Positions 8,291 to 15,704 of a stretch of DNA of 20,517 nucleotides are shown here, one piece after another. The notes under the pieces are model-generated. The model searched no databases and was not told the origin of the DNA. It saw only the letters and a list, made by a program, of their open reading frames with translations. Origin of the DNA: Pseudomonadota bacterium (GTDB taxonomy: Bacteria; UBA10199; 2-02-FULL-44-16; JAAZCA01); NCBI GenBank assembly GCA_043822785.1, contig JBDRBN010000118.1, positions 1 through 20,517 of the forward strand. Reading direction: 5' to 3'. Positions within the stretch are counted from its first letter, which is position 1; each line of letters begins with the position of its first letter. Made by a program: the position numbers and the translations under genes.

Positions 8291-8320
8291 ATCCTTCGGG
8301 CCCAACCGCCCTCAGGATGA
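8291..8320 (-). repeat. REP-like palindrome
   Basis: Minus strand TCATCCTGAGGGC-GGTTGG-GCCCGAAGGAT: an ATCCT/AGGAT plus GGGC/GCCC stem with a GA/GA internal mismatch. Confidence 0.55.
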
Positions 8321-8349
8321 GCCCTCGGGAAAAAAACTCCCCAAGGGCT
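8320..8349 (-). terminator. Stem-loop just after the ExeA/MshM stop (attenuator or mRNA stabiliser; no U-tract)
   Basis: Minus strand AGCCCTTGGGGA-GTTTTT-TTCCCGAGGGCT, 12-bp stem with G-U pairs. Confidence 0.45.
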
Positions 8350-8352
8350 TAT

Positions 8353-9207
8353 TTATGAGGAAAACACGAGACGCTTAATGAAGCCCCAACGTGACGTAGG
8401 CGTTCTTCCTCGCCAGTCCACGATCGCTGATTTCATAATGGGCTTATCGATCATGCATGTCTCTCGCACAAAAGCCGCCATCAGCGCACGGTCGCAAAGA
8501 AGATTTACTAGACGGGGCACGCCCTTAGACTCTGCATGAAGAAGCTTGCATGCCTTGGGTTCGAAGAAGACCCTGCCGCCTCCTCCTGCAGTGCATACGC
8601 GATGATTGATATATTGGATCATCTCAATAAATGACAGCGGTGCCAATTGAGAGCGCGCTGTTATGCGTTGATTGAGCTGGCGCAGCTCATAGTTAGCCAG
8701 CATCTTCAAAAGCTCGGGCTGCCCCACTAGCATGATCTGCAAGAGCTTCTTCTTTGCGGTCTCAAGATTGGTGAGCATCCGGAGCATCTCAAGGGCCTCT
8801 GTGGAGAGATTTTGTGCCTCATCGATCACCACCAGCGCGTTGCGCCCCTTTTCTACATTTGCGAGCAAAAAAGTGTTGAGCGCATCGATCTGCTTTTGGG
8901 GCGAGTTAAATCTGATGGTCATTCCAAAATCCTTGGTGATAGACCTGAGAAGTTCAGAAACTGACATGAGCGGATTTATTATGAGCGCAGTATCAACTTC
9001 GCCATTAAGCCGCGAAAGCAACGTACGGGTAATCATGGTCTTGCCTGTGCCTACCTCGCCCGTGAGCATGACAAAGCCCAAACGCTGCTCTATTCCGTAC
9101 ATGAGGGTATCTAGGACCTTTTCATGCTGTCTTCCGAGATAAAAATATTGAATATCGGGTGTTATAGCAAAGGGTCGTTCGGCAAGGCCGAAGAATTTTA
9201 AGTACAT
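8353..9207 (-). CDS. ExeA/MshM-family AAA ATPase (no peptidoglycan-binding extension)
   Basis: MYLKFFGLAERPFAITPD start, Walker A GEVGTGKT, Walker B VVIDEAQNL, LVGQPEL, LRQLNQRI, GVPRLVNLLCDRAL. Confidence 0.93.
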   Translation of the reverse strand: MYLKFFGLAERPFAITPDIQYFYLGRQHEKVLDTLMYGIEQRLGFVMLTGEVGTGKTMITRTLLSRLNGEVDTALIINPLMSVSELLRSITKDFGMTIRFNSPQKQIDALNTFLLANVEKGRNALVVIDEAQNLSTEALEMLRMLTNLETAKKKLLQIMLVGQPELLKMLANYELRQLNQRITARSQLAPLSFIEMIQYINHRVCTAGGGGRVFFEPKACKLLHAESKGVPRLVNLLCDRALMAAFVRETCMIDKPIMKSAIVDWRGRTPTSRWGFIKRLVFSS

Positions 9208-9234
9208 ACTTCTCCCCCCTCTGTAATTGGCGGC

Positions 9235-9263
9235 ATTATACTCATTTTTTGGAGGTTAGCAAA
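9235..9263 (-). promoter_or_regulatory. Putative internal sigma-70 promoter for the ExeA/MshM-to-secretin genes
   Basis: Minus strand TTGCTA-N16 (or TTTGCT-N17)-TATAAT, upstream of a GGGGGGAG RBS. Confidence 0.55.
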
Positions 9264-9331
9264 GAAAAATGAAGAAATTCAGTACATTAACTAAAATATC
9301 TCTGCTAAAGAAAAATGATTTTACATAATAT

Positions 9332-10804
9332 TTACGGACAATATTTTGGCACATCCTTCGCGTTGCCATCGAACAAAGTCATGTGATGTGTAAAGCAACC
9401 TCCTGCCATATTGCTATTAAAACGATATCGATTCACAGGAACGGTAGTACTGCCTGCTATCTCAACGTCGTTTAGGTCCACATCAGTATGCGAAGAAGCC
9501 CAGCCAGACCAGACGTCTGAACCATTTGCTCGGATTTGCACTAGCCTACGAAACCATGGAACGCCTGACCATGTGGTCCTTAACTTGTGTACCATTATCT
9601 TTAAAGGACATGTATTCTGCCATTTTTGGCCAACCAATTCTCTGCTGCCTTCTCTGATTGAAGTGCCAGATGTATCCACCTTGAGGCATGCTGCCATATC
9701 CTCTTCATAGAGGTTTACAGGAACAGTCTTGATCGTGCCATCGTGCATGATGTAAGTGATCTTGAAATTACAGCCGCGCATATCAGAGGAAAATTGCAGA
9801 TAGTCCTGAGTTAGCGTTGTTCCCGCATCAATTTGCTGTGGTGTTGAATCAGACCGCTTTTTGATTTTGCCCGCAAACTGTATCCCGATTAAATTCCTTA
9901 ATGGAGTTGTGGGTGTCCAACTCACTTTCGTCTGTTCTACGGCGATGGTTGTAGGAGGCTTACAGGAGTTGGTGAGCGTGCCGCCAAGCAATCTACTGTA
10001 GCCCGATCCTCCGATATAAGCTGCGGACATATCTACGTTTAGACAGGCTGCCTCATCATTTGCTACAAACTGCACAAAAGCCTGTTTGGTGGTGTCGTCG
10101 ATCATGTGAAACTGTAATGAGAAATTGCTATCAGGAACTGGAAGCGTAAAATTGACGTAATCCAAATGATGACTAGAGCATGGGGAGATTATATGGTTAG
10201 TAATATTCACGGTTGTGCCTGATGGCACACCGAGAGAGTCATTGTAGACATCGGTGCCGCCGAGGCGTATGCAGCTCATATACTCGCTACCTATCGGGCC
10301 CCAGCTGACGGTCATCCCTGTTACGGTGACAGGAGCATTGCAGGTATTTTGCAAAGTAATGCCACGAAGCCTTTTGTTGAAGTTTGAAAGATATCTATCG
10401 CCAACCTTAACTTTCAAGCAGTCAGCCATGTTCGAGCTGGTTGGGCCCTGGATCGCAAATTGAGGATTTGCGTGTGCTTGCATGGCGCTTACATCGGATG
10501 TGATTGTTATGACACCTGTGCCACCATCGTAATCTACCATGAACTGGCCATTGCCCAACGTTTTTACATCGCCGTTCGGATCGAATCCCTCTTGCATGCG
10601 TTTGAGCGAGTATTCAAAGCCAGCAGTGATTAACCCCAATGCCTGTTCCCGAACAAGGTCATTTGTCTTTGACACAGCACCCGCAGCTACAAACGTGATG
10701 ACCACACCGCCTATGAGCGAGAGAAGCAGGACTATGAGAAGCACAGCCACGATGCCCACGCCGCGTGAGTTTTTTAAAGATTCAGATTTGTGTAAATAAA
10801 TCAT
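9332..10804 (-). CDS. PilX/MshP-like minor pilin fused to three tandem beta-rich repeats (candidate tip adhesin)
   Basis: KNSRG|VGIVAVLLIVLLL (prepilin site without Glu5, as in PilX/GspK). Three ~120-aa repeats start MADCLKV, EAACLNV and MAACLKV. Probable start ATG 10804. Confidence 0.78.
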   Translation of the reverse strand: MIYLHKSESLKNSRGVGIVAVLLIVLLLSLIGGVVITFVAAGAVSKTNDLVREQALGLITAGFEYSLKRMQEGFDPNGDVKTLGNGQFMVDYDGGTGVITITSDVSAMQAHANPQFAIQGPTSSNMADCLKVKVGDRYLSNFNKRLRGITLQNTCNAPVTVTGMTVSWGPIGSEYMSCIRLGGTDVYNDSLGVPSGTTVNITNHIISPCSSHHLDYVNFTLPVPDSNFSLQFHMIDDTTKQAFVQFVANDEAACLNVDMSAAYIGGSGYSRLLGGTLTNSCKPPTTIAVEQTKVSWTPTTPLRNLIGIQFAGKIKKRSDSTPQQIDAGTTLTQDYLQFSSDMRGCNFKITYIMHDGTIKTVPVNLYEEDMAACLKVDTSGTSIREGSRELVGQKWQNTCPLKIMVHKLRTTWSGVPWFRRLVQIRANGSDVWSGWASSHTDVDLNDVEIAGSTTVPVNRYRFNSNMAGGCFTHHMTLFDGNAKDVPKYCP

Positions 10805-11318
10805 AATATCTGTTACGCAAATATACATCGCTGTTTATCAGAACAGAACCATACTGAGGCACTCCAGTATTTACACCGATCACTATACCGATTCGATAGA
10901 CCTGCGACGGATTCGTAGTAGTGCCTCCACCTGCAGTGTAGTAGTCAAATCCCGATTCCGCTGTCACATCGTCGGCCAGCATGCTCGTTCCGCTGCCATC
11001 CGTACGAGTAAGCGTGTTTTCACCAATGGCATATGTCACCTTTCCGGCAAACGAATCGAATGTAATGGAATTGGGGGATATGGCTCTGATATCTTTAGCT
11101 GGATCAGCGATGGACTGCATCTCATTTGCCATCATATTCGCGGCAAGGCGAGCTTCCTGCAGAGCCTCACGGCGATCCAATATGTGACTATAGGAATCTA
11201 GGGAGCTAATCAGAATATGGGCTATTGCAATGACCAACACCGATATAACGATAATCGTCAGGATCGACTCGACGAACGTAAAACCCAAAGCGCATCTATA
11301 TTTTTCAATATACTTCAT
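10782..11318 (-). CDS. Minor pilin (PilW/MshO/GspJ-like)
   Basis: LG|FTFVESILTIIVI prepilin motif; ARLAANMMANEMQ helix; C-terminal VYLRN. Confidence 0.85.
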   Translation of the reverse strand: MKYIEKYRCALGFTFVESILTIIVISVLVIAIAHILISSLDSYSHILDRREALQEARLAANMMANEMQSIADPAKDIRAISPNSITFDSFAGKVTYAIGENTLTRTDGSGTSMLADDVTAESGFDYYTAGGGTTTNPSQVYRIGIVIGVNTGVPQYGSVLINSDVYLRNRYYDLFTQI

Positions 11319-11334
11319 GAAGCATCACCTCGTA

Positions 11335-11781
11335 TCAGTGACAAGACGGATATCCCGGCCCAGTGACTGATGAAGGCACCATATCAGTGAGCAGGGACGT
11401 AAGCGTGACTGACTCGCCAACGCCTCCTCCCCACGAGACTACAACCTCCACCTTCTTATAACCCGTATCCGTGACTGAATTTGAAAAATCGCTAGGTTTC
11501 ACGTAATTCACATCCACCTGGCGCGTAAACTGCCATCTGCCGCTGCTTACGATTTTCGGAGCTTCCAAAACAACTGAAGCATAACCGCTATCCGCCTTTG
11601 TCTGTAGCTTCTGCTCCATCTTCTCACGAGCGAGCTTGGCAGCGAGAACTGTGAGATCAGCCTTGAGCGCCTCCTGATCAAGGTTACCAAAAATGTAGCC
11701 GAATCCCAAGAAGCTTAATCCGATGAGCAGGATCACCAAGACAGCTTCAAACAATGAAAATCCGTTTTTATTCTTAAGCAT
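11335..11781 (-). CDS. Minor pilin (PilV/MshD/GspI-like)
   Basis: KNKNG|FSLFEAVLVILLIG; LAREKME; YKKVEVVVSW. Confidence 0.87.
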   Translation of the reverse strand: MLKNKNGFSLFEAVLVILLIGLSFLGFGYIFGNLDQEALKADLTVLAAKLAREKMEQKLQTKADSGYASVVLEAPKIVSSGRWQFTRQVDVNYVKPSDFSNSVTDTGYKKVEVVVSWGGGVGESVTLTSLLTDMVPSSVTGPGYPSCH

Positions 11782-11796
11782 GAAAGCTTTCTCCGC

Positions 11797-12243
11797 TTAT
11801 TTAACTATCGATACGTACCCTGTACTCCTCGCCACCTTCACCTTCACAGTACCTGTACCGTCTGTCAGCGTGATCATCTCATTGCTGGCGATGTTTGGTT
11901 GACCGCTGGATAAAAACGTTATCGTAGGTACAGCGCCCACAAACGCAATGGGCGATATATTCACATTGAAGTTTCGATTCGTAAAAGGATTGCGTGCTGG
12001 AGTGCCTGGCGCGCCGTCGAATATCTGATATTCGGTCGTGGAAACACCTGTAAACCCGTAATGACTTCCGCGTGTCATAGCAAGATCCTGAGCGAATTGT
12101 ATGTTTGAACGCAATGCCCTCGCAACAGCGTCGAGATCCTTGCCTGAAAGACTAATAGAAACAATCACAGCAGCTATGAGCGCAGAAATTATAGCTATAA
12201 ATATGATGAACCCCACGAGCTTAAACGCTCTCGAAGATCTCAT
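11797..12243 (-). CDS. Minor pilin (FimT/MshC/GspH-like) with degenerate prepilin motif
   Basis: SRA|FKLVGFIIFIAII (Glu5 replaced by Gly); LRSNIQFAQDLAMT resembles the neighbour's IQSDIRYAQQLATS. Start is ATG 12243 or ATG 12291. Confidence 0.75.
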   Translation of the reverse strand: MRSSRAFKLVGFIIFIAIISALIAAVIVSISLSGKDLDAVARALRSNIQFAQDLAMTRGSHYGFTGVSTTEYQIFDGAPGTPARNPFTNRNFNVNISPIAFVGAVPTITFLSSGQPNIASNEMITLTDGTGTVKVKVARSTGYVSIVK

Positions 12244-12370
12244 GCTCTGAGCGCTGACTTCTAGCTTCTGTTTTCTCGTCTCAGCAATCATGGCGTTATT
12301 TCATCGTCCGTCACTTCACTCGTATCAGTAAAACCAATCGTCAAATCAAAGCTCTTACGCATCATAATTC

Positions 12371-12868
12371 TCACTCCTGTATACATACTCTGCAGCTACA
12401 GCTATCGCTGTAACCAAGCACATCAACTACCACTGATCCGGTATTGTCTATTATGTAAATTCGGCGTGCAGCACCGCTGGGTGATACGATCTCCACGCTC
12501 TGCCCGCCACCCTCAATAGGTTTTCCGGCTTTGTCAAACTTCACGTTCAGCGTAATATTGATTGCCACATCACCGAATCCCTCCATATCCTTTATCATAG
12601 GTTGCTTATCGAGCGGGTCGGATATGGGATTTTCAAGCGTATCGCGGTATACTGTATAGTTCCCATTCTTGATAAATTGTATTCCATGAGGAGTGCCGGT
12701 GCTGGTCGCAAGTTGCTGTGCATATCTGATATCGGATTGAATCTTGTAGGAAGCAGCATCCACTGCTACATTTCCTACATCTCCGGTATAGGATATAAAC
12801 AGCATGCCGATCACCGACAACAGAGCCATGGTGAGTAAAAGCTCAATCAATGTAAATGCTCGGTTCAG
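12371..12868 (-). CDS. Minor pilin (FimT/MshC/GspH-like), probable CTG start
   Basis: In-frame extension upstream of the tracked start gives (L/M)NRA|FTLIELLLTMALL. There is an in-frame stop at 12881-12883 and a GGAG 5 nt before CTG 12868. Also SDIRYAQQLA and VKFDKAGKP motifs. Confidence 0.8.
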   Translation of the reverse strand: MNRAFTLIELLLTMALLSVIGMLFISYTGDVGNVAVDAASYKIQSDIRYAQQLATSTGTPHGIQFIKNGNYTVYRDTLENPISDPLDKQPMIKDMEGFGDVAINITLNVKFDKAGKPIEGGGQSVEIVSPSGAARRIYIIDNTGSVVVDVLGYSDSCSCRVCIQE

Positions 12869-12884
12869 AGTTTCTCCAAATTAC

Positions 12885-12923
12885 ATAGGGGAACCAAGAG
12901 TGTCTTACTCTCGATTCCCCTAT
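12885..12923 (-). terminator. Strong hairpin downstream of the major pilin gene (attenuator/stabiliser)
   Basis: Minus strand ATAGGGGAATCGAGAGT-AAGAC-ACTCTTGGTTCCCCTAT: 17-bp stem with two G-U pairs, only a weak U-tract. Confidence 0.7.
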
Positions 12924-12969
12924 CTCCAAAAGCAACCTATCTCAAACCAAGTTTAGCCCTGCACAGTCA

Positions 12970-13332
12970 TCAGTTCTGGACGAATGTGCCATTTGTAGAG
13001 TTGTAGTTGAACGTGTTGGCAGTTCCGGTACAGGTGTACGTAACGTTATCCGTAGTAGACCAACCAGTTACCGGATTTGTCAGAATTGAATTAAAGCAGC
13101 AGGACCCGGTTTCAAGCGATGTTGGATAGCTGCCTGTTCCGCCGCTTGTAACCATGTCGTTAGCCCTATATAGAGCAATGCCTGACCGCACTGCACCAAC
13201 CACACCATCCTGAGCTGCGGTCTCAGCATCTGACGAGAGGTTCAAAAACTTAGGCAGAGCGGATACCGCTAAAATACCGAGTATAGCTATAACCAAGATC
13301 AACTCAATCAATGTAAAACCCTTTCGATTCAT
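12970..13332 (-). CDS. mshA: Major pilin, MshA-like
   Basis: AGGAGG RBS before ATG 13332. MNRKG|FTLIELILVIAILGILAVSALPKFLNLSSDA...GAVRSG matches the MshA-type N-terminus. Has its own promoter and a downstream hairpin. Confidence 0.88.
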   Translation of the reverse strand: MNRKGFTLIELILVIAILGILAVSALPKFLNLSSDAETAAQDGVVGAVRSGIALYRANDMVTSGGTGSYPTSLETGSCCFNSILTNPVTGWSTTDNVTYTCTGTANTFNYNSTNGTFVQN

Positions 13333-13435
13333 AACCCTCCTCCTTTCGATGAACATCAGATTTGATTAATTGATAATGAAATTAATATAAACACTATTTA
13401 TAAAATATATCATATATATCTTTTCTAGCAACCTC

Positions 13436-13464
13436 ATTATATGTTTTCATTTTCAGCATGTCCA
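13436..13464 (-). promoter_or_regulatory. Putative sigma-70 promoter of the major pilin
   Basis: Minus strand TGGACA-N17-TATAAT within a very AT-rich intergenic region. Confidence 0.6.
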
Positions 13465-13590
13465 GCCATTAGTCTAAAGTGGAGAAAACACTTCCCACAT
13501 AATTAAATCTATAACTACTTAAACAATAAGGCAAAAATAAATAGAAATTCTGCCAATCTTTGGAGCTGCATCGCACCACACTTAAAGATC

Positions 13591-13953
13591 TTACCAATAG
13601 AAGTACCCTGGCGTAGAGCTCCTTACCCAGGCTGTCTTGGCATCGTATTCATACGCATTTGCAAACGGATCCAACAACTTTCCATTTTCATTCACTAAGG
13701 GATTTTCAAGATAGTGCCGCTTCTGATTCTCTTGAGGAAATTCGTATGTTGAAGTGACCAGCTCTTTTAGACTAGCAGGGTTTCTGTGTTCCATGGCCTT
13801 GAAGAGATTTATAGAAGTGCGAATTGCCTGCAGCTGGTAGTACATAACTACCTGTTTGTTCAGCTTGCGCTCATATCTCACTAAAAAGCTGACAATAAGA
13901 ACTACTGCCAGAATCAGTCCGATGATCGCTACACGCTCACCTATCTTGCTCAT
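13591..13953 (-). CDS. Small pilin-like membrane protein (MshF position; GspG-like C-terminus), paralogue 2
   Basis: GGAGG RBS; N-terminal TM without a G|FxxxE motif; LQAIRTSINLFK...PASLKEL...DPFANAYEYD. Confidence 0.72.
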   Translation of the reverse strand: MSKIGERVAIIGLILAVVLIVSFLVRYERKLNKQVVMYYQLQAIRTSINLFKAMEHRNPASLKELVTSTYEFPQENQKRHYLENPLVNENGKLLDPFANAYEYDAKTAWVRSSTPGYFYW

Positions 13954-13969
13954 ATAACCTCCTTAAAAA

Positions 13970-13997
13970 ATTCCAAATTCCAAGCACCAAATTCCAA
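13970..13997 (+). repeat. Degenerate heptamer tandem repeat
   Basis: tt ccaaatt ccaagca ccaaatt ccaaa, between the two paralogous genes. Confidence 0.6.
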
Positions 13998-14021
13998 ACA
14001 AAAAACCCTACGTTTTGCTCA

Positions 14022-14390
14022 TTACCATTTCTCATAGCTAGAAGTTGTGCTCGAAAGCCAGCCTGTTTTGGGATCATAATTATAAGGATTTCCAAAAGGA
14101 TCAATGATTTTCCCATCTTTAGAAAACGGAAGTCGCTCAACATATGTCCTCTTTGTGGTTCCAACATCGTATTCTTCTGTCATCAACTGCTCCAAACTCG
14201 GAGCGCTGTGGTTATTGATCGTCTTATAGAGCAGAAGAGACGAACGCAGCATGCCCAACTCCTGCACAAGAAGATTGCTCTTCTGCACTTTTGTTCTGCC
14301 TGCATAAAGACCTGCAGCGAGCACGACAGTCAGAACGACGACAACTGTTATGACGATTATTTCAAAATATGATCGCTTCCTCTTTGCCAT
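14022..14390 (-). CDS. Small pilin-like membrane protein (MshF position; GspG-like C-terminus), paralogue 1
   Basis: GGGGGAG RBS; basic N-terminus plus TM; LGMLRSSLLLYK...APSLEQL...DPFGNPYNYD. Confidence 0.72.
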   Translation of the reverse strand: MAKRKRSYFEIIVITVVVVLTVVLAAGLYAGRTKVQKSNLLVQELGMLRSSLLLYKTINNHSAPSLEQLMTEEYDVGTTKRTYVERLPFSKDGKIIDPFGNPYNYDPKTGWLSSTTSSYEKW

Positions 14391-14406
14391 ATCTCCCCCT
14401 CGTATT

Positions 14407-14476
14407 CAGTGACCAGTAATCAGTAATCAGTGACCAGTGACCATGTGTGGTCTTTACGTTGCTGGCCTTGCTGGCC
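14407..14476 (+). repeat. Heptamer tandem array plus copy 2 of the 40-bp dispersed repeat
   Basis: cagtgac cagtaat cagtaat cagtgac cagtgac, then gtctttacgttgctggccttgctggcc. Positions 14430-14469 match 6427-6466. Confidence 0.72.
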
Positions 14477-14477
14477 C

Positions 14478-15701
14478 CTATCCCCTTCCGCTTATCACAG
14501 TGGACATATTCCATATGGGCAAGAAGATGGACAAAGCCAAAAGTGCAACCATACCAAAGATAGCTACTAGCAAAAATGGCTCCAAAAGGGTTGTTAGGTT
14601 CTTGATCGTATGGTTTACCTCTGTATCAAAATGATCGGCAACGGTTGAAAGCATGTCACCCAGCGCACCAGCACGCTCGCCAACCGCAGTGCTCTCGACT
14701 ATAACTGGCGGAAAGTAGTTCTGATGCGATATGGCCTCAGACAGCGTAGCTCCCCTCTGAATCTCTTCCCTTATCTTACGAACTTCCAGCGCATATGCAG
14801 AATTCCCTATCACATCGGCCACGACCTCTAAGCTTCGGGGCATCGCAAGGCCGCTTCGATAGAGCGCAGCCATAATGTGACCAAACCTAGCATTGGCCAC
14901 CTTTAGATTTAAGGGACCAAAAACTGGGACCTTGAATCTAAAGATATCCACCTTCATCCTACCTACTTGGCTCTTATAAAAACGCCTATAGAGAATGATG
15001 ATGACGACCAGTCCTGCGAGCAGTATGAACCAGTAATCATGAAATATGGTGCTTATGGCGATCATTATCCTCGTGGGAAGAGGAAGCTCAGCCCCGTATC
15101 TGCCATAAAATGACACAAACTTGGGAACGACGTACATCATAAGAAAGGTTACAGCTCCCACCAGAACGGTGAGAACGATCTTTGGATAAAGAGTGGCGCC
15201 CTTCACATTCTTCTTAATCTCAAACTCCTTCGCAAGAAGTTCTGACAGCTGTTTTAGTACCTCTTCCAAAATACCTGCTTCCTCACCAGCTGCCAGCATG
15301 GAGACATAAAGCTCGTTGAAGATCTTGGGGTGACGGCCAAAGGCTCGTGCCAAAGTTGAGCCAGAAGAGACGTCAGCGCGGATTCGGATCAGGGCATTTC
15401 GCAGAGAATTGCTCTGCATCTGCTTGGCCATGGCTCCTAGGATCGCATCCATACTCACTCCGGCCTTGAAGAGGGTATAGAACTGCCGAGTGAACATCAT
15501 AACATCCTCAGCTTTGACACGACAAAAAAAGAACGTAGCGGATTCAAGGGAAAACTCTCCCTTACTCACCTCCCGCACATCCAGCGGAACCATGCCTTCG
15601 CTGAACAGGTTTTCCTTTAGCTCTTGCGCTGAGACCGCTTCGATCTCCCCTGTCATCAGCACGCCGTTTTTGTCTCTTGCTTTGTAATAGAACGTAGGCA
15701 T
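14478..15701 (-). CDS. pilC: Inner-membrane platform protein (PilC/MshG/GspF family)
   Basis: MPTFYYKARD..G...GEIEA, FTRQFYTLFKAGV, AGEEAGIL, LYPKIV, LPLPTRI, VGERAGAL and LLEP motifs. Confidence 0.95.
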   Translation of the reverse strand: MPTFYYKARDKNGVLMTGEIEAVSAQELKENLFSEGMVPLDVREVSKGEFSLESATFFFCRVKAEDVMMFTRQFYTLFKAGVSMDAILGAMAKQMQSNSLRNALIRIRADVSSGSTLARAFGRHPKIFNELYVSMLAAGEEAGILEEVLKQLSELLAKEFEIKKNVKGATLYPKIVLTVLVGAVTFLMMYVVPKFVSFYGRYGAELPLPTRIMIAISTIFHDYWFILLAGLVVIIILYRRFYKSQVGRMKVDIFRFKVPVFGPLNLKVANARFGHIMAALYRSGLAMPRSLEVVADVIGNSAYALEVRKIREEIQRGATLSEAISHQNYFPPVIVESTAVGERAGALGDMLSTVADHFDTEVNHTIKNLTTLLEPFLLVAIFGMVALLALSIFLPIWNMSTVISGRG

Positions 15702-15704
15702 AAA

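Noticed and set aside
9318..9342. TTATGTAAAAT (XerD-arm-like) on the minus strand, next to ATTGTCCGTAA
   Set aside because: The spacing between the putative arms is 3 nt rather than 6, and the region is AT-rich. Not supportable as a dif site.
12970..13332. Major pilin as a Geobacter-type conductive e-pilin
   Set aside because: It is full length with a globular domain and an MshA-like N-terminus. It is not truncated, and no cytochrome genes are nearby.
13937..14167. 76-aa minus-strand ORF bridging the two paralogues
   Set aside because: It overlaps both genes out of frame, and its WNLVLGIWN stretch is just the translated heptamer repeat.
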